Of a stretch of 64,000 nucleotides of DNA, positions 18,086 to 26,694 are shown piece after piece. The stretch lies in NCBI GenBank assembly GCA_016218585.1, contig JACRDK010000025.1, positions 27,637-91,636 of the forward strand, read 5' to 3'. A model generated the notes under the pieces. The model saw only the letters and a program-made list of their open reading frames with translations, did not search any database and was not told where the DNA came from. Positions within the stretch are counted from its first letter, which is position 1, and each line of letters starts with the position of its first letter. Source of the DNA: Candidatus Doudnabacteria bacterium. Its GTDB lineage: Bacteria > Patescibacteriota > Doudnabacteria > UBA920. The position numbers and the translations under genes are program-made.

Positions 18086-18439
18086 ATGAAGCCAATAAAA
18101 AAAGACACCAACCGCATAGCTAAAGTAAATTCCTTAATTGAAAAAGAATTAGGGCCGGTTCTGCGCGAATTTTTAGATTGGCAAAAAGGCTTGGTTACTA
18201 TTACCAAAGTGGAAACCAGCCGCGATATGAAGTACGCCAAAGTTTGGATTTCTATTTTCAACGGGGATGACGAAAAAATTCTGGACCATCTGACAAAAAA
18301 TATTTATGACATTCAAGGCGAATTAAATAAAAGCTTCCAAACTAAAATTATCCCGAGGATAAGTTTTCACTTAGATACTTCTCCCCGCTACGTAGAACAC
18401 ATTGATGAGCTAATTCGTGAAGTACATGAAGAAAAATAG
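18086..18439 (+). CDS. rbfA: Ribosome-binding factor A
   Basis: R..KV...I..EL, VTIT.VE.S.D..YAKV, P...F..D; lies downstream of infB. Confidence 0.93.
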   Translation: MKPIKKDTNRIAKVNSLIEKELGPVLREFLDWQKGLVTITKVETSRDMKYAKVWISIFNGDDEKILDHLTKNIYDIQGELNKSFQTKIIPRISFHLDTSPRYVEHIDELIREVHEEK

Positions 18440-18511
18440 AATTATGAAGTATGAATCAAGAATTAAGCAAAAGGGTACCGGCCTTAATTCATAATTCCTG
18501 ATTCTTAATTC
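18439..18511. repeat. 7-nt periodic inverted repeat (GAATTAW / WTAATTC)
   Basis: GAATTAT GAAGTAT GAATCAA GAATTAA ... TTAATTC ATAATTC CTGATTC TTAATTC; similar at 41314-41376 and 49799-49866. Confidence 0.8.
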
Positions 18512-18520
18512 AATTCCATT

Positions 18521-19516
18521 ATGGAACAGTCTTTTGAACAAGCTAAAAATCTAATTGATAATTCAGCCAACATATTGCTCACCATGCACGAACGCATGGA
18601 CGGGGACGATGGCGGCGCGCTTTTGGCTATGGGCCACCAATTAGAGAGCTTGAATAAAAATGTAACTTATTCAATTAAAAAAGGAGTCCCTCCAAATTTA
18701 TCTTTTTTGCCGAAAAGCCATAAAATTTTAGATGACATAAGCGAACAAGACAACTTCGACTTATTAATAACCTTTGGCTGCTCAAGCATTGAAAGAACTG
18801 GCTCAGAAAAAATTACCAACCTGCAATCGCCTAAGCCTTCAGCTTATGGCGGGCAGGAAAATTTAAAAATTAAGGTTATAAATATTGACCACCATCCGGA
18901 CAATACCGGCTTTGGGCAGGTTAATTTGGTTGACGCGGCTAAATCTTCGGTAGCGGAATTAGTTTACGATTTTTTCATTTTTCACAATTGGGAAATTAAC
19001 AAAGATATTGCCACCTGCCTGCTAACGGGAATAATTACCGATACTGGATCTTTTATGCATGCCAACACGCAGAGCTCCACCTTAAAAGCCGCGGCCGAAC
19101 TTATGCGCAAAGGCGCGCAGGTTAGCAAAATAGTCAGGCAAACTTACAAAAATAAATCGCCGCAAATCCTCAAAGCCTGGGGCAGGGCTTTAAAGAATGC
19201 CTATTATGATTCCAAAAATAAAATAATTTATTCAGTAATGACGGAAAATGACTTAGCGGAATTTTCCGCCCTGCCCCAGGCCGCTTTTGAAGGGTTTGTG
19301 GAAACTTTAAACACAGTCCCTGAAGCTAAGTTCGCCATGTTCTTAAGGCAAGACGGGAATATAATTAAAGGAAGCCTGCGCAGCGACACTTTTAAAAATA
19401 CCGATGTATCCCAAATCGCCCGTATTTTTGGCGGCGGCGGACACAAATTAGCCTCCGGCTTCTCCGTTGCCGGAAAGCTTATGAAAGACGAAATGGGGAA
19501 GTGGAAAGTGGCGTAA
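18521..19516 (+). CDS. nrnA: DHH/DHHA1 phosphoesterase (NrnA-like)
   Basis: H...DGD, NIDHH, GIITDTGSF, SLRS and FGGGGH..A.G motifs. Confidence 0.88.
   Translation: MEQSFEQAKNLIDNSANILLTMHERMDGDDGGALLAMGHQLESLNKNVTYSIKKGVPPNLSFLPKSHKILDDISEQDNFDLLITFGCSSIERTGSEKITNLQSPKPSAYGGQENLKIKVINIDHHPDNTGFGQVNLVDAAKSSVAELVYDFFIFHNWEINKDIATCLLTGIITDTGSFMHANTQSSTLKAAAELMRKGAQVSKIVRQTYKNKSPQILKAWGRALKNAYYDSKNKIIYSVMTENDLAEFSALPQAAFEGFVETLNTVPEAKFAMFLRQDGNIIKGSLRSDTFKNTDVSQIARIFGGGGHKLASGFSVAGKLMKDEMGKWKVA
18820..18857 (+). mobile_element. 38-bp palindromic element (family B) in-frame in the DHH gene
   Basis: CCTGCAATCGCCTAAGCCTTCAGCTTATGGCGGGCAGG; same length and frame as the copy at 46964-47001. Confidence 0.75.
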
Positions 19517-19593
19517 AATCACAGACGCGCAAATTAATCCAGATTACACAGATTAAAAAACCATCGCCTTAGGGCGATGGTTTTTTATCCGCG

Positions 19594-20178
19594 TTATTTG
19601 TCAGTATCCGCGTATTTGCGATTTTTTAAAGTTTCCGCCCACCAGGTAAGGCTGCCAAGCAAACCTTCAATTTTTTTGTCCAAAGCAGGTTCCAGCAACT
19701 GACCTTCGTCATTAAAATACTTTTCCACCGGGCCAATCATAATTGTTTCCCTCATTGCTACGGCGGCAAAATTTTCTATAATTGTTCTAAGCTGTTCAAT
19801 AACCCGAGCGCCGGAAACCGTGCCGTTGGAAACCCCAACTAAACCAAACGGTTTTCTTTCAAACTCTGTATACAGCCAGTCCAGCGCGTTTTTTAAAACC
19901 GCCGGGTATCCGTGATTGTATTCCGGGGTAACAATTATAAAAGCGTCTGCGGCCCGGGCAATATTGCTCCACTTTTGAGCGTTCTCATTTGGATAACCTT
20001 TTTTATAATAAACCACGGGAACTGTTGGCCCGTTATAAAACGGCAAAGACAATTCTTTAAAATCAACTAAGATTGATTCATGTCCGGCTGCCCTAACTTT
20101 TTGGTGAATATATTTTGCCGCAGCCTCGCTCTTCCTGCCCTCGCGTACGCTGCCTAAAATTATTGGGATGTTAAGCAT
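19594..20178 (-). CDS. NADPH-dependent FMN reductase
   Basis: ILGSVREGR.S, ADAFIIVTPEYNHGYPAVLKNALD, KP.G.V. Confidence 0.92.
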   Translation of the reverse strand: MLNIPIILGSVREGRKSEAAAKYIHQKVRAAGHESILVDFKELSLPFYNGPTVPVVYYKKGYPNENAQKWSNIARAADAFIIVTPEYNHGYPAVLKNALDWLYTEFERKPFGLVGVSNGTVSGARVIEQLRTIIENFAAVAMRETIMIGPVEKYFNDEGQLLEPALDKKIEGLLGSLTWWAETLKNRKYADTDK

Positions 20179-20251
20179 TTTATTTTTTCCTTTCCACAAA
20201 CTAATTATAGCCCAAAATTAAAAAAACGTCCTATAAATTAGAACGGTTTTT

Positions 20252-20335
20252 TGGTGCCCGAGGAGGGACTCGAACCCTCAAGCCAAAGGCATACGCACCT
20301 CAAGCGTACGTGTATACCAATTCCACCACCCGGGC
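20252..20335 (-). tRNA. tRNA-Leu(GAG)
   Basis: GCCCGGGTGGTGGAATTGGTATACACG-TACGC-TTGAGGT-GCGTA, variable arm, GGTTCGAGTCC...GGGCACCA. Confidence 0.94.
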
Positions 20336-20340
20336 GCGTT

Positions 20341-20991
20341 TTAGCTTTTTTTATCTTTAACTAAGATATTATACGCTTTTTTATATTTTCTTTCAAGCCT
20401 TGGAACAGTGTGGTTATAATACATCTTGTTAATTAGCAATCTGGAATCGTTCTTTGCAAAAACCAACTTATATGCGCCAGCATATGCCTGTTTGCTCAAA
20501 CTGCCTTTTATCTCAATGAATCCCTTAATTTTTTTCCTTAACCAGGATAAATGGTTAAAGCTCGCGGAAGCAAAATTAATATAGAATGCGAAACTATTTT
20601 TCCATCTTTCGTCATAATAAGAATAAACTGTCCCATCTCCATCAAAAGAACCTCGTAAAAAGTCAAAAAAATAAATATCTGGGACTTTTATAACGCCAAT
20701 GGTTTTTGACTTGTTCGGAGTCAACCCTAAACTAAGAAGAAAATTATAGAAATTTACATCGCCAAACTGAACCCAATAAGAAAAACTTCCACCGACAAAG
20801 CCACTCTTTTTCTTTAGGATTTTAACCTCTAAACCTAAACACTTCATGAAAACCTTAATTAACTGCAAATCTTTCGATATAAAAGCCATATGTCTTTTGT
20901 CATTATATAAGCAACCATCAGTTGCAATCAGACCAATGGCATAAGCCAATTCTGGTGACCATATTGTAGAAATTTTCTTCTGTGGTTTCAT
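20341..20991 (-). CDS. Free-standing LAGLIDADG homing endonuclease-like protein (two motifs)
   Basis: LAYAIGLIATDGC and FLRGSFDGDG motifs; ends 5 nt before tRNA-Leu. Confidence 0.88.
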   Translation of the reverse strand: MKPQKKISTIWSPELAYAIGLIATDGCLYNDKRHMAFISKDLQLIKVFMKCLGLEVKILKKKSGFVGGSFSYWVQFGDVNFYNFLLSLGLTPNKSKTIGVIKVPDIYFFDFLRGSFDGDGTVYSYYDERWKNSFAFYINFASASFNHLSWLRKKIKGFIEIKGSLSKQAYAGAYKLVFAKNDSRLLINKMYYNHTVPRLERKYKKAYNILVKDKKS

Positions 20992-21156
20992 ATCTCAAAG
21001 CTAAAGCGTATACCAATATTATATCATATAAATTATTAATATTCCTCTTGATTAAAACCGCTCCTAGGTGTATGATTGCGACAATCAAAAGGAGGCTCGA
21101 TAAGCTGTAAAAGCATACTCGGACCTTCTTTTTACTTTCACGTGAAAGAGGAAAAT

Positions 21157-21963
21157 ATGACCAGAGAAGATGCGCGGTCGCGTATTATTGTTGCACTCGA
21201 CGTCAACAGTGTCGAGAAAGCCATTGAGCTCGTGTCCAAACTGAAAGGTAAGGTCGGCGGGTTCAAAATCGGTTTCGAATTCATCTACTCAATGTTCGCC
21301 ACGTTGGTAACATCGTCGGCGGAAGTCGCCCACCAGACCCTCGACCAGCTTCGCGAACTATTTGCCAATCTTGATCACCAGGAATTTCTGGACGGGAAGA
21401 TTGCAGATATTGGCAACACAGTCGCCGGCGCCTGCAAAGCAATTTGTCGGCTACAGCCGCTGATGTTCAATGTTCACGCTTTCGCTGGAGAACCCGCCAT
21501 GAAAGCGGCACGTAAAGCCGTGGACGAAATGTCGACCACACTCGAACTTGAACGCAAGCCGTTACTCTTAGCAGTCACCGTTCTCACTAGCCTCGGAGAG
21601 GAACACTTGATACAACTCAGTCTCAAAACCGAGGAAGACAAGGCTCCTCGCCGCCTTGAACTAGTTATCAAATACGCCATGCTGGCTCAAGCCTGTGGCT
21701 GCGACGGCGTTATTGCTTCACCTTTGGAGGTCTCAGCTATCCGCACAGCCTGCGGGCCGAACTTCCTCATCTTCACACCCGGCGTGCGTCTGCCCGGCTC
21801 AAGCAAAGGGGATCAAGTGGCAGTCAGCACCCCAGGAAATTCCATCCTCGACGGCGCCACTGGCGTTGTGGTGGGTCGCGACATTACTGGGGCTGAAGAC
21901 GTGGTCGAAGCCGCCGAACGTGTAATCGACAACATCCTCACGACCGTCAACGAACAGATTTAG
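21157..21963 (+). CDS. pyrF: Orotidine-5'-phosphate decarboxylase
   Basis: IIVALD, FKIG, D.K.ADIGNT, VTVLTS, TPGVR, DQ, VVGR.I motifs; ATG 21157 follows GAGG. Confidence 0.93.
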   Translation: MTREDARSRIIVALDVNSVEKAIELVSKLKGKVGGFKIGFEFIYSMFATLVTSSAEVAHQTLDQLRELFANLDHQEFLDGKIADIGNTVAGACKAICRLQPLMFNVHAFAGEPAMKAARKAVDEMSTTLELERKPLLLAVTVLTSLGEEHLIQLSLKTEEDKAPRRLELVIKYAMLAQACGCDGVIASPLEVSAIRTACGPNFLIFTPGVRLPGSSKGDQVAVSTPGNSILDGATGVVVGRDITGAEDVVEAAERVIDNILTTVNEQI

Positions 21964-21976
21964 AAGGAGAGCTAGA

Positions 21977-22672
21977 ATGACCGACGACCAAGTCTTTCGC
22001 GCGCTTCAAAATTGCGGCGCGGTCAACATCAAAAGCCATTTTTGTCTGACCCCCAAAGAGATTCCACCGGGATCAGGCATTAAACGGCACTTTCACTCTG
22101 ACACCTTCATCGCCAAAGACAGGGTGTTTGAATATGCCAGAGAGCTCTACTGTCTTGCCCAGGAAATTGCCGACCGGCATCTGATGCAGACTCAAAACCG
22201 CCCCTGCGACTTTGTGCTGGGTTTAGAAAAAGGGGCTATTGCCCTTGCAAACCTGGTATGTCACCATCTGCAAATATCCGGACACGACCATGTTCGCGCT
22301 GGTTACGCTGAAGCCAAACCCGGCGGCGGTTTTACCATCGGCCGAGGCTTCGCCCGCAACTACACCGGACGCACGGTTCTAATAGTTGAAGATATCGTGG
22401 TTTCCGGCACTTCTGTAAGAGACGCCATGGAAGCGGTTCGCGAAAACGCTGGCATACCCTTTGGCATCTGGGCAATCTGCTTGCGAGGCGACGCGGACAC
22501 CGGTGGTGTCCCGCTCAACTACCTTTGCAAGGTCGACGGCGCTCAAATGTGGGCGGAAGAGGAATGTCCTCTTTGCGCTGACCCCAAGTGGGGGCCGACA
22601 TCGGTCCGCACGGACATCAACAAGCACGGGCCGGAATTCTTCAAGCGGATGAACCTGCCTATTCCACTGTAA
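21977..22672 (+). CDS. pyrE: Orotate phosphoribosyltransferase-like (type I PRTase)
   Basis: PRPP loop VLIVEDIVVSGTS, HF...HS, C-terminal CPLC; directly follows pyrF. Confidence 0.8.
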   Translation: MTDDQVFRALQNCGAVNIKSHFCLTPKEIPPGSGIKRHFHSDTFIAKDRVFEYARELYCLAQEIADRHLMQTQNRPCDFVLGLEKGAIALANLVCHHLQISGHDHVRAGYAEAKPGGGFTIGRGFARNYTGRTVLIVEDIVVSGTSVRDAMEAVRENAGIPFGIWAICLRGDADTGGVPLNYLCKVDGAQMWAEEECPLCADPKWGPTSVRTDINKHGPEFFKRMNLPIPL

Positions 22673-22701
22673 CGCTGGGTCCATATTTACAGCAACCATC
22701 C

Positions 22702-22751
22702 AAAAGCGCCGCGATCCCAACCGGGTTGCGCGGCGCTTTTTCAATTAAAAA
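22702..22751 (+). terminator. Terminator; copy 1 of a 42-bp direct repeat
   Basis: CGCGATCCCAACCGGGTTGCGCGGCGCTTTTTCAATTAAAAA is identical at 22710-22751 and 25237-25278. Confidence 0.85.
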
Positions 22752-22819
22752 CACAAACGACCTGTCCAAAATCTTTCGATTCCAAACAGGTCGTTTTAAA
22801 GTTGCAAGTGCAAGGGAGA

Positions 22820-23779
22820 TTACTTGTAAACTTCCAAAGCGTGGCGGATAATGCCGCGAACCCGCCATGGACGAAGCATTGCAACGCTGCCAATGCAAAC
22901 TGCGTCGGCTCCGGCTTCTTTTAGAACATCCACCGCGGTGGCGTTGAGAATTCCGCCGCCTGCCGCAATTGGTTTTTCCAAACCCGCATCTCGCGCCGCC
23001 TTCACCCAGTCAGCAGTCAGAGGCAACAATGGCCAGCCGGAGAGCCCGCCGCCGCCGAATTTCTTTAGCGGCGACTCCTTGGTCCCAAACAGTTCCTGCC
23101 AATCAATTTTCTCCGGCAACTTCCCCCACGGCACTGTATTGGAAACACAGACCGCCGAAAGACAAGGATGCCGCGAGATTGCCACCGCTGTTTCCGGCTC
23201 GGTGGTTACTGAATACTTGTCGACAATGGGCACACCCAACATCGACAGAACACCCAAGTGCCGCCACGATTCGTCAATGAATTCGTCTGGTGAAATTTTC
23301 TCGAGCCCGACATTCGGACAGGAAGCGTTGCGCTGAATGGCGATGTTGGCTTTAAACTCAGACAGGCGCGGCTTCAAAACATCCACAAACTCCTTTGTCT
23401 CCGCCAAACGTTCGCCCGCCGTTGCTGCCACCGACATAAACGAAATCATAAACGGTTCTCTGCGCGCTTGCCACTTGCCGGTATCAAGCAAAGCCTTTAA
23501 ACCGTGCCCGCTCAAACCAACCGCGTTAAGCGCAACGCCGGCGAAAGGCTTAACCACAATACATTTGGGTTTCAGCTCAGCCGGAGTCGTGCCGTCTTTT
23601 TTCAGTGGCATGTTGCCAACGCGCGGGGCAACTGTCGTGGTCTTGGCCACAAAAGTAATCCCCGAAAAATCCAAGCCAAAAGGTTTACAGAACTTATGGA
23701 AAGGGTAGCCCTCACCAAAAAAATTCTGTATGCCCGATTGACCCCAAACGGAGCCAAAATCAACACCTCGCAATTTCAT
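22820..23779 (-). CDS. pyrD: Dihydroorotate dehydrogenase-like flavoprotein
   Basis: KT.T..PR.GN, LNAVGLS..G, N.SCPNV, V.NT, GGLSG and GGGI motifs. Confidence 0.85.
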   Translation of the reverse strand: MKLRGVDFGSVWGQSGIQNFFGEGYPFHKFCKPFGLDFSGITFVAKTTTVAPRVGNMPLKKDGTTPAELKPKCIVVKPFAGVALNAVGLSGHGLKALLDTGKWQARREPFMISFMSVAATAGERLAETKEFVDVLKPRLSEFKANIAIQRNASCPNVGLEKISPDEFIDESWRHLGVLSMLGVPIVDKYSVTTEPETAVAISRHPCLSAVCVSNTVPWGKLPEKIDWQELFGTKESPLKKFGGGGLSGWPLLPLTADWVKAARDAGLEKPIAAGGGILNATAVDVLKEAGADAVCIGSVAMLRPWRVRGIIRHALEVYK

Positions 23780-23913
23780 AAGGCCTCCTTCAGGTCTTCA
23801 AATAGCCAAATCATAATACAGAACTATGTGAAATAGGTCAAAATAAATGCTTGTCTTTTTTTAGACTTTCTGTAATACTCCTGTAAGAAATCGCAAGCCC
23901 TTAAGGAGGCACA

Positions 23914-25215
23914 ATGACCGGAGTAAAGAATATCTTGATTAACGGAGAAGAGCCCGGGGCCATCGTTTTTGATGGCAAGTTGATCCACGCTGTTTACAAG
24001 CCGGGAGACACCTTACCGCCCGATGTGGACTGGATTGACGGACACGGCTGCGAGGCCTATCCTGCCGGCGTAGATATGCATGTCCACGACAGGTGGGGCG
24101 AACCCAAACGTGAAGATCCGCAACACTTGGAAGCGGCTTGCATCGCGGGTGGCACGGCGACTATCGTTACCATGCCAAACACAATACCGCCTTTTGACCA
24201 AGCAAATCAAACCAGAACAAGACTTGCGGGGTTTAATTCCATCAATGTCCTGGCTTGGATAGCAGCCACGCGAACCAACTACACAGAACGGGAGATGGCC
24301 TATCATTATTTTTCGCGTCAAATTCCTGGTGCGAAACTGATGATGGCTTCTACCAACAACCCAGAAACCCTGGTAGACGACGGCCTGTCACAACGTCGTA
24401 TCCTGGAAGAGAATGCTGACCTCGATTGCATTACAACGATTCACGCTGAGGCTGAAGACCTAATCAAGAGGAATGTACAAGAATATAAGCAGCTGTACGG
24501 CCGGCTGCTTCGCCAACACCACTGCAAAATCCGTGAAAGCCAAGTTGAGGTTGAAGGCATCCGCCGCATCCTCAACATTCATCACGATGTTGGAGCCGGG
24601 CGCATTCACATAGCGCATGTGTCTACCGCAGACGGCATAAAGCTAATTCTAAGAGCCAAGTCCCGGGGACAGAACGTGACATTTGAAACCTGCCCCCACT
24701 ACTGGACATTCAACAATTTCTGGGTAGAGGCGGGTAACGGCGGGTTCTACAAAATGAATCCCGCCCTCAGGTCACCGGAAGAGCAGTTGATTGTCTTGCA
24801 ACACTTGTGCAACGGTGATGTCGATGTTTCTGCCACCGATCATGCCCCTCACCCTCGCGAAGCCAAGACAAATCCAGGCCTCGACGAATGCTCCAGCGGG
24901 GTTCCTGGAGTGGAGACGAATATCCCGTTGTTGTATGACCTGAAAACTCGTCGGATGATCTCCACCAAGAGGTTCATCGACCTGACCTCAAGAAACGCGG
25001 CAAAAATCCTGGGACTCAACAAAGGGTCGCTGGCGGCCGGGTTTGATGCCGACATGATTCTCATCGACCCATTCGCAAAATTCAAGATTGATGATTCTGG
25101 CGTCAAAAGCAAATGCGGTTGGACCCCGTACGCCGGAATGACCGTCAACAAAATTGTTTTCGTCGTAATTAGCGGCCAAGTGGTCGCACAAAATTTCGTC
25201 GAACAACAAACATGA
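23914..25215 (+). CDS. pyrC: Dihydroorotase
   Basis: DMHVH.R, GG..T...MPNT.P, HAE, HIAHVST, ETCPHY, KMNPALR, ATDHAPH, SKCGWTPY.G. Confidence 0.92.
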   Translation: MTGVKNILINGEEPGAIVFDGKLIHAVYKPGDTLPPDVDWIDGHGCEAYPAGVDMHVHDRWGEPKREDPQHLEAACIAGGTATIVTMPNTIPPFDQANQTRTRLAGFNSINVLAWIAATRTNYTEREMAYHYFSRQIPGAKLMMASTNNPETLVDDGLSQRRILEENADLDCITTIHAEAEDLIKRNVQEYKQLYGRLLRQHHCKIRESQVEVEGIRRILNIHHDVGAGRIHIAHVSTADGIKLILRAKSRGQNVTFETCPHYWTFNNFWVEAGNGGFYKMNPALRSPEEQLIVLQHLCNGDVDVSATDHAPHPREAKTNPGLDECSSGVPGVETNIPLLYDLKTRRMISTKRFIDLTSRNAAKILGLNKGSLAAGFDADMILIDPFAKFKIDDSGVKSKCGWTPYAGMTVNKIVFVVISGQVVAQNFVEQQT

Positions 25216-25230
25216 ACACTCCACAACAAG

Positions 25231-25278
25231 ACGCCGCGCGATCCCAACCGGGTTGCGCGGCGCTTTTTCAATTAAAAA
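25231..25278 (+). terminator. Terminator; copy 2 of the 42-bp direct repeat
   Basis: Identical core to 22710-22751. Confidence 0.85.
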
Positions 25279-25305
25279 ATATTTGTTAAACTACCTTTAC
25301 TACAA

Positions 25306-25351
25306 CCTCTCTGTCCCGACAAGTCGGGACATCTCCCCTCAAAAGGGGAGA
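25306..25351. repeat. REP-like double hairpin
   Basis: TGTCCCGACAAGTCGGGACA followed by TCTCCCCTCAAAAGGGGAGA. Confidence 0.7.
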
Positions 25352-25367
25352 AAATAATGTAAAAACT

Positions 25368-25685
25368 ATGTCTACTAAATTCATTCGCAAAATTGAAGAC
25401 TTTAAATGCGGGCATTGCGGCAAAAAAACCAAAGGCAATGGTTATACAAACCACTGCCCAAAATGCCTTTGGAGCAAACACCTAGACAATTACCCGGGGG
25501 ACAGAGCTAACCCCTGCGGCGGACTTATGGAGCCTGTTGGTTTGGAACTGGAAAAAGGGGTATATCACATTATCCATCAATGCGAGACCTGCGGCGCCCG
25601 CGCCCGCTGCAAAAGTTCGCAGGAAGACAGCATTGAAGCCCTAACCGCGCTATCTGAGAGCCTTGCCAAAAAGCTAATGTTTTGA
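25368..25685 (+). CDS. RNHCP domain-containing protein
   Basis: F.C.HCG, TNHCP.CLWSKHLD..PGDR...CGG.M.P, H.C..CG. Confidence 0.92.
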   Translation: MSTKFIRKIEDFKCGHCGKKTKGNGYTNHCPKCLWSKHLDNYPGDRANPCGGLMEPVGLELEKGVYHIIHQCETCGARARCKSSQEDSIEALTALSESLAKKLMF

Positions 25686-25715
25686 TATAGTATTCAAGCG
25701 ATTAATTTACAATTT

Positions 25716-25790
25716 GGGCAATTAGCTCAGTGGTAGAGCGACTCGTTTACACCGAGTAGGCCGTAGGTTCAATCCCTACATTGCCCACCA
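25716..25790 (+). tRNA. tRNA-Val(TAC)
   Basis: GGGCAAT...ACTCG-TTTACAC-CGAGT...GGTTCAATCCC...ATTGCCCACCA. Confidence 0.94.
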
Positions 25791-25818
25791 CGTAGTTCGC
25801 GAACGACGTGGCCCACCA
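25788..25818. repeat. Family D palindrome followed by a duplicated tRNA-Val 3' end
   Basis: CCACGTAGTTCGCGAACGACGTGG, then GCCCACCA repeated (25783-25790 and 25811-25818). Confidence 0.8.
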
Positions 25819-25915
25819 GGTATAATTAGTTTATCAAGTTAAAAGTTATCAAGTTTATGAAGTTTGGTTGTAGGAACTTTATAACCTTTACCTTTACGAA
25901 CTTTATTACTTCCGT

Positions 25916-25990
25916 GCCGGGCTAGCTCATCGGTAGAGCGCTGCCCTGAAGAGGCAGGCGTGCCCAGTTCGACTCTGGGGCCCGGCACCA
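25916..25990 (+). tRNA. tRNA-Phe(GAA)
   Basis: GCCGGGC...CTGCC-CTGAAGA-GGCAG...AGTTCGACTCT...CCCGGCACCA. Confidence 0.94.
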
Positions 25991-26048
25991 TAAATATACT
26001 TGCCAAAGAGTATAAAAAATTGATAGAATAGTATTTGAAAATTAGTTC

Positions 26049-26122
26049 GCGGCTATGGTTCAATGGTAGAACTTCTCCTTGCCATGGAGAGGATAGGGGT
26101 TCGATTCCCCTTAGCCGCTCCA
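26049..26122 (+). tRNA. tRNA-Gly(GCC)
   Basis: GCGGCTA...TCTCC-TTGCCAT-GGAGA...GGTTCGATTCC...TAGCCGCTCCA. Confidence 0.94.
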
Positions 26123-26172
26123 AAAGAATTTGCCTCACCCTAACGGGTGGGGCATTTTCTTTTGTGCAGATA

Positions 26173-26275
26173 AGGATAGATGAGAAACCCAGGCTCGACT
26201 AAAAGTCCGCCATAGCTTTAGCGACGGCGGATTCCCCTCGAAGATTCCGACTTCATGTCGGGGTTAGCCGCTCCA
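26173..26275 (+). pseudogene. Degenerate duplicate of the tRNA-Gly 3' half interrupted by palindromic inserts
   Basis: AGGATAG...GGCTCGA...ATTCCCCT...TTAGCCGCTCCA is collinear with the tRNA; inserts are TCCGCCATAGCTTTAGCGACGGCGGA and CCGACTTCATGTCGG. Confidence 0.75.
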
Positions 26276-26348
26276 CAAAAAACATCTGTTATATACAGGT
26301 GTTTTTTGTTATACTACTAAACAAAGATTGAATTAGATAATAAAGCGT

Positions 26349-26651
26349 ATGAAAAAAAATATTCTTGGTTCTATAACCCTAATTATATTCTCCATACTAG
26401 CTTGGATTTGGTGGCGAGGGAACCAACCCGGAACCGGACTAGGGTTAATTGCCTATATACCTATAATAATTATATTGCTGTTTTTAGGATGTATATCTTT
26501 AATCTTCTGGTTGGACTCAATGAAACCCACCTCGGTGCCAAGCGTTGGTGAAACAAGTAAAAAAATAATAACTTCGGTTATTATTGTTATTGTAACAATC
26601 GGAGTAATTTATCTAGGATACCACTTACTTATGGTGCAACTAGGAATATAA
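26349..26651 (+). CDS. Small three-TM hypothetical protein
   Basis: 100-aa hydrophobic, AT-rich ORF. Confidence 0.7.
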   Translation: MKKNILGSITLIIFSILAWIWWRGNQPGTGLGLIAYIPIIIILLFLGCISLIFWLDSMKPTSVPSVGETSKKIITSVIIVIVTIGVIYLGYHLLMVQLGI

Positions 26652-26694
26652 TCTTAATAAATCTTTTTAATCAAATAACTAAATAAAATAATTT

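Noticed and set aside
20341-20991. Intein or group I intron-encoded endonuclease
   Set aside because: There is no interrupted host gene, the adjacent tRNA is intact, and no splice motifs or intron core were recognised.
25839-26138. ORF-track proteins over tRNA clusters (also 96-341 and 28180-28544)
   Set aside because: They overlap clear tRNA genes.
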